Shown here one piece after another: positions 57,021-64,000 of a DNA stretch of 64,000 bases. The position numbers and the translations under genes are program-made. Positions within the stretch are counted from its first letter, which is position 1, and each line of letters opens with the position of its first letter. Location: contig NC_092677.1 in assembly GCF_964355755.1 (NCBI RefSeq), positions 26,151,175-26,215,174 on the forward strand, in the 5' to 3' direction. The notes under the pieces were generated by a model, which was not told the origin of the DNA, did no database searches, and saw only the letters and a program-made list of their open reading frames with translations. Source of the stretch: Antedon mediterranea (lineage: Eukaryota > Animalia > Echinodermata).

Positions 57021-60000
57021 CATTATTATTATTATTATTATTACTGTTATAATTATCACAGATATCAAATGAAGTTTCAATTTTTCGTGGATTAATGGCC
57101 GATAGTTGTAAAAGAATAAAAGGAAATAAATATAATATTAAATATGTGTTGTTCCCAAAAATCATGAAAAATAATGATCTATTTAAAATCATTTTGCAGT
57201 TTTGATGAAATTATTCACTTCCGTACGAAAATAAAATCAACAAAAAACAATGATTTTACTTTATAAAGACAAAATAAACATTTAAATTTAACCATAACCA
57301 AAATCCAATTGTCTAACAGACAATTTGACTATTAGACTAGGCTATGAATGAGGTAGGTGCCACCCGGAGAGGTAGAAATTCTCATGTGACTTTTCTAGAC
57401 CAGTTTTTTCTGGGGAATCTAAATATATTGGGTAAACGGGCTGTAACCTGAGAACTTTCGCGTGAGGGCGCTTTTTTCAAAATGGCTGCCAGTTACAGTA
57501 GACTATGATATCTTGGCAACCACTGGTCATAGAGAGGTGATTTTGGTGTCAAATTGTTCGGAATGTACATGTTCCTATTTGATGTAATAGAACATTTTGT
57601 CAGAAAATGGCCGGAAATACCTCTATTGACCTTTGACCTAATATCTAACAGATATCATATCTCCGTAACTACTCGACACAGAAAGTTGTAATTGGTGTCA
57701 AACTCTCCAGAATATAGATGTTTATATTCAGACTAATAGAACATTATCTGTAAAAATGACCGGAAATAACGTTACTGACCTTTGACCCAAAATGCAAGAC
57801 ATTTCTCCCATCTGATCACGTTAATCTTGTCAATTAATTCATTTTGTGCCAATTGGAGGTTGACATTCTCATATTATTTTCTGGACCAGTTTTTCATGTG
57901 CAATCCGAATATATGAGATAAATAAGCCATAACAAGGCCAAGAATTTAATTCTTTTACTACATACATGCTTCCCTTTAGTGTTTCAGTCTGTATGTCGTG
58001 TATTAACTTCAAGATCGCTCACATCACTGCAATCTGAAAAGTCTTCATATTCATTATGTGTAAACAGTTCCTGGACATCAGTGGGAATCACTGTCTCAAT
58101 CCATTTAGGCTCCATTTGTTCGTTCCATCCATTGTGTGTACTGTTGTTGACAAAATCATTAACGTCTGCTGATTGCCATTCTTTAGTAGTAATGAAGTGT
58201 GCTCTAAGTATATGAAACTCAAGGGTCTGCTGACATAGTGGCAGTAATTATATATCTGTAATCTTGTTGTGTCTGGAAAACTTTCTGTTGAAGATATCAT
58301 ATCTTGCTTGATTTACACTTTTCCCCTTCACTCCATACAATAGTGAAACATACTCTTCAAATTCCTCATACAACTCTTTTGATGGAACATCTGACACTCC
58401 AAGGTTGCAGAATGTGTCAACAAATTTTGCTTTTGATTCCAGAAGCTTCCAGCAGGTACGTTTTCCTTTCCGAAAGAAAGCGGAGTTATAATCGTTACCT
58501 GTGAAAGCATGGAATCCAATAAGGGATGATTTCTGCGCTTTTGTTAAATCAATGTCACTCAATTTCAGTACCTTTCAGTATTTCCCAGTGTTTGTATCAA
58601 TAATTACCCTCTGCCCAATATCTATGAAATGAGATAGTGCAATGACTGGAATATCAATGTCTCCAGAATGGGAACGAATTATTGCTACGCCTTGATTGTT
58701 ATTTGTTAAAGCATGCTTTGCATGCAGGATGACATTCGTGTATGCTTCTTCTTCCGGCTACTATTAAGCTCCGGAACCAATACAACATCTCAGTTAGTAA
58801 CGTAGATGTATTCTTTGTACGATGAAAAGTAGATAACATCACTCCTCATATCTGTTAGAATGCTTTCTTTCTTTGACACTAGTACACAGCGAATAAGCTC
58901 AATCAATTTGGTCTTGTTCTCGCCGTTGGCAAGGAAATTGTTGAAATCACGGGCCAACTTTGATATTATTGAGCTTACAATTACTTTTGGTGCAATACCG
59001 CGTATGTTTCTCTCAACAGACTTAATGTTTTTTGGCAGGTATGCATCGGTAACAATATCAACACGCTTGTATCCTTTAGGGATGCTGTTGAAAACCTTTG
59101 CTACAAGATGCTCGTACGTATCAGGGTAAGATGTAAATGTTCTGATTAATACCATTAAGTCAACAACATAGGCAATGACAATAGCCTTTGCTGGCAGTGC
59201 CCGACCAGGATCTATAACATCTGTTGAACTTTTGATGAGAATTTCCATTAGGACACTTTTCTGAGTTGTTCGTCTTGTCCCATCTGCATTAGCAAGGCTT
59301 AGCGGACAGGGGTAAATGGATACTCAAAGGCTTTCTTAAAGTCAATTATTCTACCATGCTTTGTTGAGGTGGCAAGAAGCTTTCCTAAAACATCCCGATT
59401 AGCTTATATTACTCTTACTTTCCCATTTGCCTTGATTTCGAGTTTCTAACCACTATTCGAAAATAAAGTGAGATGATGTTATGGATCCTGGTCGAGCACT
59501 GCGAGAAACAGACGCGGTATTGCACCAAAAGTAATTGTAAGCTCAAAAATATCAAAATTGCCCCGTGATTTTAACAATTTCCTTGCCAACGGCAAAAACA
59601 AGACCAGATTGATTGAGCTTATTCGCTGTGTACTAGTGTCAAAGAAAGAAAGCATTCTAACAGATATGAGGAGTGATGTTATCTACTTTTCATCGTACAA
59701 AGAATGCATCTACGTTACTAACTGAGATGTTGTATTGGTTCCGGAGCTTAATAGTAGCCAAGAAGAAGCCGACACGAAAGTCATCCTGCATGCAAAGCAT
59801 GCTTTAACAAATAACAATCAAGGCGTAGTAATAATTCGTTCCCATTCTGGAGACTTTGACATTCCAGTCATTTCACTATCTCATTTCATAGGGTGATGGG
59901 CAGAGGGTAATTATTGATACAAACACTGGGAAATACCGAAATGTACTGAAATTGAGTGACATTGATTTAACAAAAGCGCAGAAATCATCCCTTATTGGAT

Positions 60001-63000
60001 TCCATGCTTTCACATGTAACGAGTATAACTCCGCTTTCGTTCGGAAAGGAAAACGTACCTGCTGGAAGCTTCTGGAATCCAAAGCAAAATGTGCTGACAC
60101 ATTCTGCAACCTTGGAGTGTCAGATGTTCCATCAAAAGAGTTGTATGAGGAACTTGAAGAGTATGTTTCACCATTGTATGGAGTGAAGGGGAAAAGTGTA
60201 AATCAAGCAAGATATGATATCTTCAACAGAAAGTTTTCCAGACACAACAAGATTACAGATATATCATTACTGCCACTATGTCAGCAGACCCTTGAGTTTC
60301 ATATACTTAGAGCAAACTTCATTACTAAAGAATGGCAATCAGCAGACGTCAATGATTTTGTCAACAACAGTACACACAATGGATGGAACGAACAAATGGA
60401 GCCTAAATGGATTGAGACAGTGATTCCCACTGATGTCCAGGAACTGTTTACACATAATGAATATGAAGACTTTTCAGATTGCAGTGATGTGAGCGATCTT
60501 GAAGATTAATACACGACATACAGACTGAAACACTAAAGGGAAGCATGTATGTAGTAAAAGAATTAAATTCTTGGCCTTGTTATGGCTTATTTATCTCATA
60601 TTACTCGGATTGCACATGAAAAACTGGTCAAGAAAATAATATGAGAATGTCAACCTCCAATTGGCACAAAATGAATTAATTGACAGGATTAACGTGATCA
60701 GATAGGAGAAATGTCTTGCATTTTGGGTCAAAGGTCAGTAACGTTATTTCCGGTCATTTTTACAGATAATGTTCTATTAGTCTGAATATAAACATCTATA
60801 TTCTGGAGAGTTTGACACCAATTACAACTTTCTGTGTCCAGTAGTTACGGAGATATGATATCTGTTAGATATTGGGTCAAAGGTCAATAGAGGTATTTCC
60901 GGCCATTTTCTGACAACATTTTCTATTACATCAAATAGGAACATGTACATTCCAAACAATTTGACACCAAAATCAACTCTCTATGACCAGTGGTTGCCAA
61001 GATATCATAGTCTACTGTAACTGGCAGCCATTTTGAAAAAAGCGCCCTCACGCGAAAGTTCTCAGGTTACAGCCCGTTTACCCAATATATTTGGATTCCC
61101 CAGAAAAAACTGGTCTAGAAAAGTTATATGAGAATTTCTACCTCTCCGGGTGGCACCTACCTCATTCATAGCCTAGTCTATATTTTGTGCTTTAATTATA
61201 GTTTTTTTTTCAGGTAAATAATTTTTTTGCCCATCCAATTTTTGGTCAAAGTGAACTACTATTAAAGTAACTAGTATGTGACATTAAAATGGTATATTAA
61301 ACAAGAAATTTAAAAACAATTTTTTGTAGGGAGACAATATCATTAAGTCTTAGCTTAAACCTTTTTTTATTTACAATTAATGTTTTTCCATTTTTTGGAC
61401 AAGGTTGTGTGTTTACCAATGTATTTTGTATAAACCATGTTTTTATTGCTTTGTTTTAGCTAAAATGTGCCCAGTATTTCCCTTTGGGATCAGAGGACAA
61501 CAGAACCATGGTGTTTGATACAAACTACAAAGTACAATTAATAGATGAAGAGGTGTCGTCGTTCTTCACAATTAGGACCATGAAACTGGATCACATCCCT
61601 GTAAGTTGTTAAATGTTAAAGGTCAAAGGTGAATTACCGGCAATCGTGATGCAAATTAATATTTAAGTGTGTTTATTATTATTGTATGTTTTATTATTCA
61701 TTGTCAAATGTCATAGGATCTATTTTTAGACATAATTGACGTCGCGCACTGGAAGCATTTCTCGGAAGGCAGGGTTATAGAAGCTATCATAAAGTTTATT
61801 AACCAAATACTGTATTTATTAAAGGCAATACAAAAATATATTGAAAGAGAGAAATTCAACTACTCAGCTCTAAGGATGCGTCAACGGTAGAATGTAACAT
61901 GTAGCGACCTTTTCAGATCCTGATCCGTTGCCTACATCCTCCGCACGCTTGTCTAACTAGCCGATTCGGCAACATTATTAACGACATCTCCTTAAACACC
62001 TTGGTGTCAATCAAGGCCTTAGTTGGAAAACCTCTCGAAAAAATCTGTAAAAGCAGTAGCTGATAAAAACTACTTAAAAAATTGCAAAATGGTCGTCGGG
62101 TTTCCAAAATGTATAATATTCAGTTTTTTTTTTGTAGACAGGAGCAAGTAAACAAGTATTACATTTCCACTATACAAAATGGCCAGACTTTGGGGTACCT
62201 CAATCGCCTGCAGCTTTCCTATGCTTCTTAGCGGCTGTGAGAGACAAAGGTGGTATGAATATCAACGACAGCCCACCTGTAGTCCACTGCAGTGCAGGTG
62301 TTGGCAGGTCTGGCAGCTTTTGTCTGGTGGATACCTGTTTGGCCATTGTAAGTATTTTGGTTGAGAACTCAATATATTTTCCTATCCATCATTGTATGAA
62401 TGATCACTTTAGAATCACTGGATACGATTTTTATTTCCTGTTTGGCCATTGCATAGAGGTTGCTACACTTTGTGACAAAAAAAATGTGAGGTGCTCATAT
62501 ATGGACATGATGATATGTCATATCACTACCATATTTTGGAATATCACTAGCATATTTGGCACATCACACTTCAATTTAGTGTGGACAGAGCTTTATCGAA
62601 AAGAGAAAAATTGAACTGGGTTATTAATGTGATATTATTTGTATTCTAGATTGAAAAGGATGGTGATTTCAATGATGTAGACGTGATGTCGATTTTACTA
62701 GACATGAGGAGAGATCGGATGGGGTTAATTCAAACCCCCGCACAGCTTAGGTTTTCATACTTGGCAGTTTTAGAAGGAGCGCATGCTGTTTTAGAACATA
62801 TACCTCTTAGTACATTAGTTGAAAAAGTAAGTTTAAATGTTTGATTAACTAGTTCTAGTTGTTTGATGTTTGATTAACTAGTTCTTGTACTAGTTCTCAA
62901 TTTTATTTATCTTCAAAAGAGGTCTCATCTAAAACGCCCTCTAATATTGTTTTTCTCTCAATTAGGATGATTTACCTACAAATCCGCCACCTGTACCACC

Positions 63001-64000
63001 TAGGCAAACAAAACGACCACATTCACCAGATGACACTGATATCGGGGCAGGTGGAAAGTGAGTACTTTATCAAGGTCTACACGTTAATTGAATATCGAAA
63101 CGTGGCAGGCTGAAGGCGCTTGACCTTTGACAAGATCGCCTAAATTTTTAATATATTAACTTTACAATACTTAGTATTCTGGTACAGCCGCTCCATAATC
63201 TCTTTGCTTTTCTTCCTTATATCTATATTTTTTAATTTATACTAACAAATATCTTTTATTAATATAATAATAATAATATATCAAAAATTTATTAAATAAT
63301 ATTCATCGCATAATATGCAATCTACGATAATTTAATTAATTGATATAACAAATTTATTAAATACATAACATCATTGGAATAAAAGAACAAATCACATATC
63401 TACACATAATCATAACATCGTATACTCTATCTCTAACAATTTTTTCAATCTTCTATCGACTAAGGCTTCTATGAATGGATGTACTGGTTGGGAGCAGGAA
63501 CGCTAGTAGACCAAACCCAGTACCGTTTTGATTACGATCAATCGGGAAATTACCTCATGACGCTATAAAATATTTATTTGCCAGGACATTAATAATAACT
63601 CCTTGTTTTTTAAATTATATATTTTTTTTACCTATTAATGATTGTACATCATCAAAATTGTTTGCAATTGTCTAATTCGATTGAGACTTTTATCATTGCG
63701 TACAGTTTTTCCGTTGAGTTTTTATTTAACAGAGCGTTGAGCTTGTGTTGTCAACGTTTTCTATTCGAAATTCGAATACAAAAAGTACTCAACGAATCTT
63801 GATGTTGACAATGAAAGTTCCAATTCGAATACGACAAATTCTTTTTATTTTTCGTAAATGTTTATAAAATTGATGTTTTTTCTTCTAATCTTTTTTGACG
63901 TAGTGCATCTGTCGTCAGGAAAAGACTACGAGATGAAAAAAATCAAGCGTTGAAAGACAAGGTGGAGAGAATGAAAGATAAACAACGAAAGAGTGAAAAG
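45887..64000 (+). CDS. PTPN2: Non-receptor protein tyrosine phosphatase, PTPN1/PTPN2 (PTP1B/TC-PTP) orthologue; incomplete at the 3' end
   Basis: Approximate exons: 45887-45946, 51211-51307, 52999-53099, 55468-55566, 61460-61600, 62138-62348, 62650-62826, 62966-63057, 63904-64000. Motifs [60 protein letters not shown]. Pro-rich linker and a TC-PTP-like basic tail [15 protein letters not shown]. Confidence 0.92.
46323..49790 (-). mobile_element. Decayed Ty3/Gypsy LTR retrotransposon (Mag-like), 5' part missing, in PTPN intron 1
   Basis: Order: two zinc knuckles ([14 protein letters not shown]), protease IDTGS, RT ([13 protein letters not shown]), RNase H (TDSS..RTDH), integrase (HQG..CEPC, DIIGP, SDNG, VERMN). 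Broken by frameshifts and stops. Polypurine tract GTGGAGAGA precedes TGTTATG at 46452, the start of a short 3' LTR whose far end is uncertain. Confidence 0.92.
49790..50056. mobile_element. DNA-transposon end fragment with ~21-bp subterminal repeats, abutting the truncated Gypsy gag
   Basis: AAAAATTGGCGTAAGGAC repeated about 5 times at 49883-49982. Ends ..GCCCTAATGGCCGCCCATA. Superfamily not determined. Confidence 0.5.
51558..51870. repeat. Harbinger MITE with its internal 21-bp unit expanded to ~11 copies
   Basis: GTGATATGCTTAAATATGGTA tandem run followed by the normal MITE right end (..GTAGACAGAGATTTA). Confidence 0.9.
54981..55340 (+). mobile_element. Non-autonomous Helentron-like element
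   Basis: AAACAAG start, subterminal ACTCGGGGTAC (~55002), and terminal hairpin ACTCGGGTACCCCGAGT followed by an A run. Confidence 0.55.
55766..56266. repeat. ~19-21-bp minisatellite (TGTCACACAGAAGCAAAA)
   Basis: About 25 variant copies in PTPN intron 4. Confidence 0.92.
57333..61180. mobile_element. AcademX-derived foldback element: two inverted 3' ends carrying XPG/FEN1-like nuclease coding remnants
   Basis: Ends TAGACTAGGCTATG../..CATAGCCTAGTCTA with TAT on both sides (3-bp TSD). Arms ~57333-59010 and ~59505-61180 are reverse complements. Motifs [57 protein letters not shown]. Both arms have frameshifts or stops. Confidence 0.82.

Noticed and set aside
59952-60509. Host XPG/FEN1-family gene or a functional duplicated gene pair
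   Set aside because: Both copies are fragments with frameshifts or stops inside a TSD-flanked inverted element.

Overview
AT-rich, intron-rich animal DNA, probably from a marine invertebrate deuterostome such as an echinoderm (inferred from gene structure and repeat types). Host genes, all assembled by eye from GT-AG splice sites: NSMAF/FAN (+, 13778-31578), EXOSC4/RRP41 (-) head-to-head with HSF1 (+), a TEX47-like gene (-) head-to-head with a PTPN1/PTPN2 orthologue (+, runs off the window end), and a possible small two-exon gene divergent from NSMAF. Mobile DNA is dense. It includes an intact three-exon Ginger1-type integrase/transposase with a C-terminal OTU protease (849 aa), sitting just downstream of a solo LTR that carries a heat-shock element. 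It also includes a 3.85-kb AcademX-derived foldback element made of two 3' ends with a 3-bp TSD, and a repeat family carrying a complete tRNA cloverleaf with the unusual anticodon ATC, found in (TA)n tracts. Further elements are a decayed CR1 LINE, a decayed Gypsy, 5S/tRNA Deu-domain SINEs, Helentron-like elements, many Harbinger/hAT/Kolobok/pogo MITEs, and several satellites that arose inside transposons. No databases were searched: family names come from motif recognition, and exon boundaries may be off by a few bases.
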